A stretch of 64,000 bases of DNA from an uncultured Methanosarcinales archaeon. GTDB lineage: Archaea; Nanobdellota; Nanobdellia; Woesearchaeales; GW2011-AR9. The notes beneath the pieces are model-generated. The model ran no database searches. It was given only the letters and a program-made list of their open reading frames with translations, and was not told the DNA's origin. The stretch is taken from contig CAYFJV010000001.1 in the NCBI GenBank assembly GCA_964343575.1, forward strand, positions 596,705 through 660,704, read 5' to 3'. The translations under genes were made by a program, and so were the position numbers. Positions 1-9,079 of the stretch are shown here, piece after piece; the stretch's first letter is position 1; each line of letters starts with the position of its first letter.

Positions 1-216
1 GGAACGATCATAAACCCTTGAGGCAAGTAGGAGTCCTGTTGCTCTTGTTCGTTCTCCGAGGTCTCCCACTTCCCAAGCATCTCTCATGATTTCGCTAAGC
101 GCATCTGTTCGATACCGGGGTCCTAGTGCCAAAGCACCATCCATTCTCTGATTAAGCTCAGATTTTTCTTCCCCTGGAGGATTCATCAAACTAAAAAGAT
201 TTTTCATTTGTTGCAT
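1..216 (-). CDS. hypothetical protein, partial (runs off window start)
   Basis: ATG at 216 with 72 open codons to the edge (MQQMKNLFSLMNPPGEEK...); not in ORF track. Confidence 0.45.
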   Translation of the reverse strand, partial: MQQMKNLFSLMNPPGEEKSELNQRMDGALALGPRYRTDALSEIMRDAWEVGDLGERTRATGLLLASRVYDRS

Positions 217-360
217 CACCTGTTCTCATTAATGACACCACAAAGAATAAACACACCATTTCTTGCAAAAGTTAGTTTCTATTTAAAGCTTGCTTAGAGC
301 TTTTTTTCTTTTGGACAGGTCTGCTACACAGTTTTATCCAAAAAATTTATAAGTGGCTTC

Positions 361-636
361 TTGAGGTTTGGCTGGGCAATGGCACAAACAGCGTATATTG
401 GAAGACGCGGGAATCGTTACACAATACATTTCAGAGCCCCAGGTAAAGAGGAACTTCAAGTTATAACTGGAAGTGATCTTGGTGCAGTTGTGGCACAAAT
501 GGGAAAAGTATCGGGAGGAAAACCTGTTGACATGCTCCCTTTGAAAAGAGAAGGAGATTATCGCCCCCTTGGACTTTTAGAAGAGCTATCTTTACGGTTG
601 ACTTTGTATGCTCAAAGTAGATGGGGAGAAAACTGA
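361..636 (+). CDS. hypothetical protein
   Basis: 91-aa ORF with TTTATAA upstream; true start probably ATG 379. Confidence 0.5.
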   Translation: MRFGWAMAQTAYIGRRGNRYTIHFRAPGKEELQVITGSDLGAVVAQMGKVSGGKPVDMLPLKREGDYRPLGLLEELSLRLTLYAQSRWGEN

Positions 637-729
637 TTTTCTCTTTACCCTACTGTCTAAAATTTCTGAAGAACAAAGTCAAGGGATATATGCTTAAAAT
701 ATTTAAAGAAGCAAATTTGCTACGTTCTC

Positions 730-1707
730 ATGTTCAAAAAGGTGCAAAATATTTCTTTACTCGGAGCACATGATCCTGTAGCTGATATCTTTTTACTCAA
801 AGAGAAGAAGGGAATTCAAGATTATGCCAGCGGAAGTAAGTGGCGCTTTGGACTTCGAGTTGGAGATGCCAGTGCAGAGCTGGATTTAAAGTATTGGGGC
901 AATGAAAACAAAGAGGAAATTGCTGCACTTTATGATGGTCTAGAAGTCGGTGATGTGCTTTTTGTGCAAGGAAGAGTTTCTGAGTTTAATGGAGTGCGTG
1001 AGATTAGTGTGAACCATGGAAGTGGCGCTATTAAGCGGCTGAAAGTAGGAGAGTTTGCTCCAGATGCTTTTTTGAAAAAAGGGAAGAAAGATGCTGAAGC
1101 ACTCTTTGGGAGAGTATTATCTCTTATCGAAGAGATTAAGGATGAAGAATTTAGAAGGATACTTCAAGCCTTCTTTCATAACCAAGAGTTTGCTGCAGCG
1201 TTTAAACTAAGCCCTGCTTCTTTGTTTCGTCACCACAATTATTGTGGAGGTTTGCTTGAACATAGCTTGAGTGTTGCAAAAATCTGTTTAGATGTTTCCT
1301 CTCGAGAGAAACGTTTAGATAAAGAGCTTTTGATTTGTGGAGCTCTTTTGCATGACATTGGAAAAATTCCTTTCTTTAAAGTTCGTGAAAGTATCGAAAT
1401 TTCTAAGCAAGGGCAATTGCTTGGTTCAGTTGTTTTAGGTTTAGAACTCTTCTCTGAGAAAACAAAAGATCTAGGCATAAGCTCTGAGAAAGATATGAAG
1501 CTGCGGCACATTCTAGCCAGTTCTTTGGGTAGGAAAAGTTATGGTGCTGCGAAGCAGCCAGCTAGTAGCGAGGCCTTGCTTATAAGTCATGCTAAGCTCT
1601 TGGATGCGAAGGTGGGCCAGATGCTCGATGTCAAAGAATCTGCACTTGCAGAAGATGCGGAGAAATTTTTCTATCATAAAGATTTTGGGAACATCTTTTT
1701 AGAATAA
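730..1707 (+). CDS. YhaM/Cbf1-like OB-fold + HD-domain protein
   Basis: N-terminal OB-fold pattern (LRVGDASAELDLKYW...VQGRVSEFNG), HHNYCGGLLEHS and LLHDIGK. Confidence 0.85.
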   Translation: MFKKVQNISLLGAHDPVADIFLLKEKKGIQDYASGSKWRFGLRVGDASAELDLKYWGNENKEEIAALYDGLEVGDVLFVQGRVSEFNGVREISVNHGSGAIKRLKVGEFAPDAFLKKGKKDAEALFGRVLSLIEEIKDEEFRRILQAFFHNQEFAAAFKLSPASLFRHHNYCGGLLEHSLSVAKICLDVSSREKRLDKELLICGALLHDIGKIPFFKVRESIEISKQGQLLGSVVLGLELFSEKTKDLGISSEKDMKLRHILASSLGRKSYGAAKQPASSEALLISHAKLLDAKVGQMLDVKESALAEDAEKFFYHKDFGNIFLE

Positions 1708-1723
1708 AGATTTGGCTGAAGGA

Positions 1724-2719
1724 TTAGATCCAAAGTGCAGGAGCATTTCCTTCCTTTTGTTCTACGTCCCAAAAGTATTCATTATTGTAATACATCCAGG
1801 TCTCTTCCACTGGGAAAGGAACAAACTTGAAGTACTGGTAAGGAACATCTTGAGCTTGGTGCAGTGTTCTCGTTGTTTCATCGTAATAAGCTCCGGCTGT
1901 TGCATCAATTGGAAACCAGATGCCATCTTCATAAATTTCTACCCAAGCATGGCCTCCAATTTCTCCTCCAAAGTCAACTAGGCCGAGGGTTACTCGTACA
2001 TGTTTAGGATCCATGCCATCAGCGATGAGCACAGAAGCAAGAGTGTTTGCCTGCTCAGAACAATCACTGGCAATACTTCCAGGCGCAGGATTGCTGTTAA
2101 GATCGGGAGTTAAGGTGAGAAAAGCTTGTGGGCGATACCAAAACTCAATTACTCCATTAAGCGTTTGCTCAGAGACCCAGACCCATTGCAAAGCTTCGTC
2201 ATAAGCTTGCTGAACACCATTAATGTTTTTTGCAATATCATTTACTGCAGGAGCGTTTGGTGTGACATAAAGTTGGTAAGGAGAAATTACTTTTGGGTCC
2301 TCATCATAATCAATGTTTTCCTCTTCTAAGTACTCAGTAACTCCCTCTTCATCTGAAATATCTTGATACTGGATACTCTTTTTTGCTTCATGCTCTTCTA
2401 CAAATGCTTGTAAGTCTTCTTGTAAGTCTTCGCTTAAAGAGGGAAGAATCTCTTCAAGCTGCTGCGTTGTTGCAATTCTTCGCACACACTCATTTTCTCT
2501 TAGTGCAAGAAACTCTTCTTGATTTGCTGTTGTCTGGATAATTGTTGTCTCTTTAAAGATAATTTCTGTGTCTATTGGCCTTGTGATTATTTCATGGAAG
2601 TTACAATTGCTCTCAAACTGAATAACTATGGACATGGTTGGCAGCACAGTTGTACAAGAGAGAATGAACAGACTTAGAAGGGTAAGAAGAAAAATCTTGA
2701 AGAGTTTTGCTCTTAGCAT
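1724..2719 (-). CDS. transglutaminase-like exported/lipoprotein
   Basis: signal/lipobox-like ILSC; catalytic-triad motifs SDCSEQA, GHAWVE, WFPIDAT. Confidence 0.8.
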   Translation of the reverse strand: MLRAKLFKIFLLTLLSLFILSCTTVLPTMSIVIQFESNCNFHEIITRPIDTEIIFKETTIIQTTANQEEFLALRENECVRRIATTQQLEEILPSLSEDLQEDLQAFVEEHEAKKSIQYQDISDEEGVTEYLEEENIDYDEDPKVISPYQLYVTPNAPAVNDIAKNINGVQQAYDEALQWVWVSEQTLNGVIEFWYRPQAFLTLTPDLNSNPAPGSIASDCSEQANTLASVLIADGMDPKHVRVTLGLVDFGGEIGGHAWVEIYEDGIWFPIDATAGAYYDETTRTLHQAQDVPYQYFKFVPFPVEETWMYYNNEYFWDVEQKEGNAPALWI

Positions 2720-2966
2720 GAAGAACGGTGTAAGATATGCTTCTTTAAATTATTTGCTTTTCTTTAGGAAGTTCTCAGAGAGAGAAGAAGCCACAGAAAA
2801 CTATTTTGTAAAAGGTAGAAAAAGGTAGAAATATCAAAAGAGTGGCAAAAGAAAGAAAAAGCATTTAAATAAAACCAGTCTCTTTTCAGAGTTATAAGGT
2901 GTTCTGTCTTTCTTAGAGCAAGTCAAAGATGAGTACCAAGAGAGGATAGGAGAGGAATAGTAAAGA

Positions 2967-3929
2967 ATGGTGTTTGAGGTTGTGTGCATTGGTTCGTCCA
3001 CAGTAGATAATTTTGTTTCTATGCAGGGCTCTTTTTCTACAATTAAGAGGGGTGTTAAAATTCTGGCAAGCGATTATATGCGCCATAGTGGTGGTGGAGC
3101 TAGCAATGTTGCAGCAGCTCTTTCCAAGCAGGGCTTTAAAGTTGGCTTAATTACAAAATTGGGAAATGATGAAGATGCTGATTTTCTCCTCGATGAGTGT
3201 GAAAAATTTAAGGTGAAGGTACTTAACAAGAAAAGAAGTAAGCACCACACAGACAACAGCACCATTGTCTGTTCTAAAAAAGATAAAGATCGTATTATTT
3301 TTGTACACAAAGAGGCTTCTTCTGATCTGAACGAGCAAGACATAAGTAAAACCGCACTTAAGCAAGCCAAATGGGTCTACCTCTCTTCTCTGATGGGCGA
3401 TTCAGAGAAGGTTATGAAAAAATTTATGCCTTATTTTAGGAAAAATAAAATCAATCTTTTTTTTAACCCTTCACTCTACCTTGCAAAACAGGGTGCACGC
3501 AAGCTAAAGCCCTTTCTTTCTGTTGCCAAAGTGTTAGTGCTCAACAAAGAGGAGGCACAGGCCTTACTTAAAGATAAGAGGAGTAGTGAAGAGAGATTAT
3601 GTAAAAAGCTTCACAAGTTAGGTCCAGAATTGGTGGTTATTACTAATTGTTCTCGCAAAGCTTTTGCTTACGATGGTATGTGTATGTACTCTTTTCTTCC
3701 TCCCAAAGTGAAGGTAAAAGAACTTACTGGAGCAGGAGATGCTTTTAATTCTGGTGTTCTTGCTGGTGTATTACAAGGAAAAGGAGTTGAGGAGTCATTG
3801 TTACTTGGGCAAGCTCTTGCTAGCTCAGTTATTCAGTTTCGAGGAACAAAGCATCGCTTACTTTCTCAAAGGCAAGCCAAGCAGGCAGTGAAAAAGTTGC
3901 GTTGTAAGGTACAACGAAAACAATGTTAG
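2967..3929 (+). CDS. PfkB-family carbohydrate kinase
   Basis: SGGGASNVA and ELTGAGDAFNSG signatures. Confidence 0.9.
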   Translation: MVFEVVCIGSSTVDNFVSMQGSFSTIKRGVKILASDYMRHSGGGASNVAAALSKQGFKVGLITKLGNDEDADFLLDECEKFKVKVLNKKRSKHHTDNSTIVCSKKDKDRIIFVHKEASSDLNEQDISKTALKQAKWVYLSSLMGDSEKVMKKFMPYFRKNKINLFFNPSLYLAKQGARKLKPFLSVAKVLVLNKEEAQALLKDKRSSEERLCKKLHKLGPELVVITNCSRKAFAYDGMCMYSFLPPKVKVKELTGAGDAFNSGVLAGVLQGKGVEESLLLGQALASSVIQFRGTKHRLLSQRQAKQAVKKLRCKVQRKQC

Positions 3930-4843
3930 CTGATACCAAAAAGCTTTTACTGCGTGCTCAGCGCGGAAGATATGCACTTGGACACTTTAACATCAATAAT
4001 ATGGAAGCGGTGCAGGCAGTAGTTGCAGCCGCCAACAAAACTCGTTCTCCAATCATTCTCGCTACAACTGAAGGAGCAGTTAAGTACGCAGGCATGGAAT
4101 ATTTGCATTGCTTGGTGGAAACTGCAGCTGCAAGGGCGAAAGTTCCTGTTGCCTTACATCTTGATCATGGCAGAAGCATGGATACTGTTCGAAAAGCCTT
4201 GAAATTAGGATATTCCTCAGTAATGATTGATGCATCACATGAAAGCTTTGAGAAGAATATTCGTTTGACTAAAAAAGTGGTGGGACTTGCTGCTCGCAAA
4301 GGTATTGCTGTGGAGGCAGAGCTTGGCACCATTGGTGGCGTAGAAGATACCGTTCGCTCCCGAAAAATAGTTCTTACTGATCCTTCACTTGCAAAAGAGT
4401 TTGTTGAACGCAGTGGTTGTGATTTTCTGGCAGTGGCAATTGGAACTTCACATGGAGCGTACAAGTTTGTAGGGCGCTCTTCACTTCGAGTTGATATCCT
4501 TGAAGAGATTCGTAAACAAGTTAAGATTCCTTTGGTTTTACATGGTGCAAGTGCAGTGCCTAAAAAATGGGTGAAGCTTGCTGAAAAATACGGAGCAGAA
4601 CTCTCTGGAGTGCAGGGTGTTTCTGGAGTTCAAGTCAAGAAAGCTATTGCTCATGGGATTACTAAAATTAATACCGATACCGATTTGCGTATCTCTTTTG
4701 ATGCAGGGGTTCGTAAGTTTTTGGCAGAAAAGCCAAAAGACTTTGATCCACGGCATATATTGGGGCCTGCAAGGACGTTTATGCAGCAAGTTGCTGAAGA
4801 GAGGATGAAGCTTTTTGGCTGTGTCGGGAAGGGAAAGAGATAG
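3923..4843 (+). CDS. fba: class II fructose-1,6-bisphosphate aldolase
   Basis: HLDHG, SSVMIDAS, EAELG, AIGTSHG, VLHGAS, KINTDT motifs. Confidence 0.95.
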   Translation: MLADTKKLLLRAQRGRYALGHFNINNMEAVQAVVAAANKTRSPIILATTEGAVKYAGMEYLHCLVETAAARAKVPVALHLDHGRSMDTVRKALKLGYSSVMIDASHESFEKNIRLTKKVVGLAARKGIAVEAELGTIGGVEDTVRSRKIVLTDPSLAKEFVERSGCDFLAVAIGTSHGAYKFVGRSSLRVDILEEIRKQVKIPLVLHGASAVPKKWVKLAEKYGAELSGVQGVSGVQVKKAIAHGITKINTDTDLRISFDAGVRKFLAEKPKDFDPRHILGPARTFMQQVAEERMKLFGCVGKGKR

Positions 4844-4869
4844 AATTAGAAAAAGAAGGTGAAAGGTGG

Positions 4870-5475
4870 ATGGTGCTTAGAAAAGTAAAAAGTGTGTTTG
4901 GAGGAAACTTCGGTAGAGAGAGAAAGGGAAGTCTTAGAAAAGTGTACCTTGCTTCTGATCACGGAGGCTTTCGCTACAAAAAAGAGCTTTTTGCTTATCT
5001 TCTCAAGAAAGGATATCTTGTTGAAGATTTAGGACATAATATTTTTGATAGAGGAGATGATTATGTTGATTATGTGCTTCCTCTTGGCGAGAAGGTTGCT
5101 TCTTATGGCCCTAAAGAAGGAGCTAGGGGCATTGTCCTTTGTCGTAACGGGCAAGGAGTTTGTATTGCTGCAAACAAAGTGCCGGGAATTCGCTGCGCTA
5201 CAGGCTTTTCTCTGAAAATGATCAAAAGTACCCGAGAGGATGATGATAGTAATGTGCTTGCAATTCCGAGCGATTATGTTTCTTTAAGCCTGGTGAAAAA
5301 AATGGTGCTTTTGTGGCTTGAAACGCCTTTCTCTGGTGAGCAAAGACATAAGCGACGTTTGAAGAAGTTGGGAAATTATGAGACAAAGAAAAAGCTTCCA
5401 AGGCTAGGAAAGTCCATGGTGAGAAAAGCAAGTAAGAGAAAGGCAAAGAAAGTTGGGAAGGTTAAAAAAAACTAA
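4870..5475 (+). CDS. rpiB: ribose-5-phosphate isomerase B
   Basis: ASDHGG, DDYVDY, GIVLCRNGQG, AANKVPGIRCA, RHKRR. Confidence 0.9.
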   Translation: MVLRKVKSVFGGNFGRERKGSLRKVYLASDHGGFRYKKELFAYLLKKGYLVEDLGHNIFDRGDDYVDYVLPLGEKVASYGPKEGARGIVLCRNGQGVCIAANKVPGIRCATGFSLKMIKSTREDDDSNVLAIPSDYVSLSLVKKMVLLWLETPFSGEQRHKRRLKKLGNYETKKKLPRLGKSMVRKASKRKAKKVGKVKKN

Positions 5476-5490
5476 GGGGAAGAAAAAGAG

Positions 5491-6141
5491 ATGAAAAGCA
5501 GCAAACAAATCTTACCTTCTGTCATGGCTAAAAATCAAGCGGAATTGAATGCTTTGTTCAAGAAATTGGAAGGGAGCGCGAACTTTCTTCATTTAGATGT
5601 TTCTGATGGTAAATTTGTAAAAAGTAAAGTTATGGATTTTGATTTTCGTTTGAGTTCCAAGTTTTCCTATGGGGTTCATTTGATGGTGAAAGATGCTAGA
5701 AAGTACATTGAGCGTTTGGAGCGAAAAAAAAAGATAAAGTATTTTGTTGCTTCTTGGGAAAGCTTTTCAAGCAAGAAGAAGAGAAGAGAGTTTATTTCTT
5801 GGCTGCAGAAAAAAAAGATGTTGGTAGCTTTTGCAATTAAGCCAGGAACAAAAGTTATTGAACTTAAAGAAGATCTAAGGGAGATTGATATGGTCTTGGT
5901 GTTGACAGTTCATCCAGGACGTTATGGGGCGCGTTTTTTGAAAAGTCCCCTTAAGAAAGTTAGTCAGCTTAAGAAGTTAAAAGAAAGCTTAACTGTTGTT
6001 GTTGATGGGGGGATGAAACCCTCTACTATTGCTCTTGCAGGACACGCAGGAGCAGATTATTTTGTTTCTGGATCTTTTGTAAGCAGATCCTCCTCTCCAA
6101 AGAAAGCAGTCAAAGAACTGGAGAGAGCACTTTTTCTTTAG
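5491..6141 (+). CDS. rpe: ribulose-phosphate 3-epimerase
   Basis: HLDVSDGKFV, VHLMV, TVHPG, VDGG, VSGS. Confidence 0.9.
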   Translation: MKSSKQILPSVMAKNQAELNALFKKLEGSANFLHLDVSDGKFVKSKVMDFDFRLSSKFSYGVHLMVKDARKYIERLERKKKIKYFVASWESFSSKKKRREFISWLQKKKMLVAFAIKPGTKVIELKEDLREIDMVLVLTVHPGRYGARFLKSPLKKVSQLKKLKESLTVVVDGGMKPSTIALAGHAGADYFVSGSFVSRSSSPKKAVKELERALFL

Positions 6142-6173
6142 AGTACCCAAACATTAGATTTTTTAGATATAAA

Positions 6174-6863
6174 TTAGATATACCAACTTAGGACAATGAG
6201 GATGGCATAAAAAAGAAAACCAAAGATGAAGTAGCTTGGCTCTCCTTTTTCTCTGTAAGGCACATGGTGCCTTGTAATACTATACAAGAGGACTCCTGTT
6301 ACAATTCCCAGTAAGATAAAATAAGTGAGTTGGGGAATGAAGTTATAGAAAAGCAAAGTGAAGAGTACCCCAAGAAGTGTCGAGCTTGCATTAAGCACAG
6401 AATCAAGAGGAGATTCATGAGGTTGTGTAGTTAGACTATTTACTAATGTAAAAGCAACAATTGGAAAAAAGAAAAGTGCTCCTTCAACAACATTGTTACT
6501 CAGGAAAAAAACCAAAAGGATACCAACCACAAAATGGTAAGCAAAGTTAAAGATGTTCTCCTCAATACTTAAGAGACGGATGAGCTCGTGTTTGGTGTGG
6601 TGATGTCTATAAATGTTCTTCTCAATGAGATGGTGAACAATAAAGCCAAAGAGTACAGTAAGGAAGAGCAGTTTACTTACACTAAGGGCTTGTGCAGTAA
6701 AGGTAGGAAAGAGCTCTAAAATAAGATAAGTTATAGAAATTCCTGCAGAAAGTGAGACGATTTTAGCGTGATAGCTCTTATTTCTAATATCAAACTGGTT
6801 AGCAAAGTGGTACACAAAACCCAAAAGCGTTGCCAGAACAATGACAATCGGTTCTAGAAACAT
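6174..6863 (-). CDS. polytopic membrane protein (possibly ZIP-like)
   Basis: multiple hydrophobic segments, SLSAGISITYLILELFP, His-rich loop. Confidence 0.55.
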   Translation of the reverse strand: MFLEPIVIVLATLLGFVYHFANQFDIRNKSYHAKIVSLSAGISITYLILELFPTFTAQALSVSKLLFLTVLFGFIVHHLIEKNIYRHHHTKHELIRLLSIEENIFNFAYHFVVGILLVFFLSNNVVEGALFFFPIVAFTLVNSLTTQPHESPLDSVLNASSTLLGVLFTLLFYNFIPQLTYFILLGIVTGVLLYSITRHHVPYREKGEPSYFIFGFLFYAILIVLSWYI

Positions 6864-6991
6864 GGTGTTGAAGAAATATTTTTCCTTTAATAGTCTTTCT
6901 GTTGTGTATTTTGAAGGTGGCCAAGAGGTTAACTTTATATAAGAAACGCTCTTTTCTAAGGGTAAATTACATTATGAGAGGTTGAATTATT

Positions 6992-7525
6992 ATGAAAATG
7001 AAAACCCTACTATTACTGCTTGTCGTGCTTTCTGCAGCACTTCTTCTTTTTGCTTGTACTGCTTCTGAAGATGCTGCTCCTGAAGATGTACCAGCAGCCG
7101 ATGACGGAGTAGATACTACTTTACCTGAAGTAGAACCAGAAGTAGAAGTGGCACCCTCAGCTCCAGTTGAACCACGAGTTGATACCGAAGTTGATACAAG
7201 TGCAGCGGCGACAATTTATGTTCGTGGTGCAGATGGATACAGCCCAGATGCTGTGACAGTTCAAGTTGGACAGTCTGTGCAGTTTATCAATGATAACGAT
7301 CCTGAAGCGAACAGAGGAGACAGACACTTATCTCTTTTGATCGAACACGTTGCTAAGAAAGATGCAGCTTCAATCACTGATGCTTCCACATCTTATTCAA
7401 CTGTTGAACTCCCAGAGTTTGATGTTGGTGAGTTTCACACGCACACCTTTGAAGAAGCTGGAACTTACGAAGTTTGGACCTTACGTTATTACGACTCTCC
7501 AAGAGCTGTGATTACTGTAGAATAA
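6992..7525 (+). CDS. cupredoxin-fold lipoprotein lacking type-1 Cu ligands
   Basis: lipobox LFAC, acidic linker, YSPDAVTVQVGQSVQF and HTFEEAGTY, no C/H/M ligand loop. Confidence 0.65.
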   Translation: MKMKTLLLLLVVLSAALLLFACTASEDAAPEDVPAADDGVDTTLPEVEPEVEVAPSAPVEPRVDTEVDTSAAATIYVRGADGYSPDAVTVQVGQSVQFINDNDPEANRGDRHLSLLIEHVAKKDAASITDASTSYSTVELPEFDVGEFHTHTFEEAGTYEVWTLRYYDSPRAVITVE

Positions 7526-7598
7526 ACTTTACTTTTTTCTTATTTTTCTTAACTTTGTGTTTAGGTAGATTTTTATGATTTCTCGGAGGTTTAATACT

Positions 7599-8150
7599 AT
7601 GAAAAAAATATTTGTTATTATTTCCATTCTTTGCTTAGCTCTTTTTCTCTTTGCTTGCAGTGAGGAAAGCGCAGTAGTGGATGAAGCTGCAGATGTTGTT
7701 GATGCAGTTGGAGAAGTGGTTGAAGAGGCCAAAGAAAGCGCAGAAACACTTGTAGAAGAGATTGATGAAGTGGTTGCTCCGCAGAGCGAAGATGATACCG
7801 AAGAAGTGGAAAGTGAATCTGATTCCATGGAAGGAGAAATGGAAGAAGAAGATCTAGAAGAAGCTGCTTCTGAACCAGTTGTTATTGAAACTAATGGACT
7901 TATCTTCACCCCAGATACCGTAACCATTTCTGTTGGTGAGAGTGTTACTTTTGATCTTGGCTCAACTCACAATGCAGTGGAAGTGAGTCAGGAAGACTGG
8001 GAAGCTAATCAAAATGTTGCTCTTGAAGGCGGTTTTGAAGTTGGTTTTGGAGCTACAGAAGAAGTTAGTTTTTCTGAAGCAGGAACTTACTATTACATTT
8101 GCCAGCCCCACATTGGTATGGGCATGAAAGGAATGATTGTAGTAGAATAA
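7599..8150 (+). CDS. halocyanin/plastocyanin-like blue copper lipoprotein
   Basis: lipobox LFAC; HNAV and YYICQPHIGMGMKG ligand loop; ATG 7599 preferred. Confidence 0.9.
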   Translation: MKKIFVIISILCLALFLFACSEESAVVDEAADVVDAVGEVVEEAKESAETLVEEIDEVVAPQSEDDTEEVESESDSMEGEMEEEDLEEAASEPVVIETNGLIFTPDTVTISVGESVTFDLGSTHNAVEVSQEDWEANQNVALEGGFEVGFGATEEVSFSEAGTYYYICQPHIGMGMKGMIVVE

Positions 8151-8256
8151 TTTTTTTCTTTTCTCTTTTATTTTGTTCTTTGTCTTCTTAGAGCAGTGTC
8201 AGTGCGGCAGCTTATACTTAAAAAGCTTTAAAAAAGAGGCTTGAATAAGGAGATTT

Positions 8257-8997
8257 ATGGCAGAAAACAAAGATTCTGCTAAGGCAGTAGCTTCTAGCAC
8301 TGAAACCTTAACAGAAGAAAAACAGTATGTCGTAGAAAATCCAGATCTGGAAGGGAATCTCCAGGAACCTTTTGTTCTGGAAAGAAACGATGGAGAGACA
8401 CAAACATTTCTCGTAGGAAGAGAAGTTTTAGCGCAAGCTAATGCTTCAGCAAACAAAGAAAAGAAGAGGAAGGCTGCGGTTAAAGCAATCTTTAGTGAAA
8501 CACGAGTGATTACCGAATCCAGTGACGATGCTCGTGAATTGTATCACCACTCTCGCTTTGGATCTTTAATTGAAAATGGGAAATTAGAGCTTTCTTTGCT
8601 TGAAGGACTCTATCTTTTTGAGAAAGGGAAAATCGATATGCGAAGTCAGGCTAATCGAAAGATGAAGTTTGATAGCTTTGTGAAAAAGGCGCGTAAAGTT
8701 GAGCCAAATTTTTGGATTCGTTACTGTGTCTACAAAGACATTCGAAATCGGGGTTATATCATTAAAACTGCGCTAAAGTTTGGTGCGGATTTTCGAGTTT
8801 ATGATAGAGGAATCAAACCCGGAGAGGACCATGCTCGCTGGATCATTTATCCCGTACATGAAGGAAGTACCCTTACCTGGTATGAATTTGCAGCAAAAAA
8901 TAGGGTTGCGCACAGCACTAAGAAGAGACTTCTCATGGGTATTGTAGATGATGAAGGAGATGTAACTTACTACGAAATTCGTTGGATGAAACCCTAA
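8257..8997 (+). CDS. endA: tRNA-intron endonuclease
   Basis: LSLLEGLYL, VYKDIRNRGY, LKFGADFRVY, HARW, RVAHSTKK. Confidence 0.92.
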   Translation: MAENKDSAKAVASSTETLTEEKQYVVENPDLEGNLQEPFVLERNDGETQTFLVGREVLAQANASANKEKKRKAAVKAIFSETRVITESSDDARELYHHSRFGSLIENGKLELSLLEGLYLFEKGKIDMRSQANRKMKFDSFVKKARKVEPNFWIRYCVYKDIRNRGYIIKTALKFGADFRVYDRGIKPGEDHARWIIYPVHEGSTLTWYEFAAKNRVAHSTKKRLLMGIVDDEGDVTYYEIRWMKP

Positions 8998-9079
8998 CAC
9001 TGGGCCTTGCACTATGCTTGGACCATTGTGGTAATAGGGTTACAAAAAGTATTTAAAGCAGATTTTGCACTTCTTTTCC

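Noticed and set aside
2900..8200. Short TCTTAGAGCA matches in intergenic DNA near 2911 and 8186
   Set aside because: Too short and AT-rich to separate from chance
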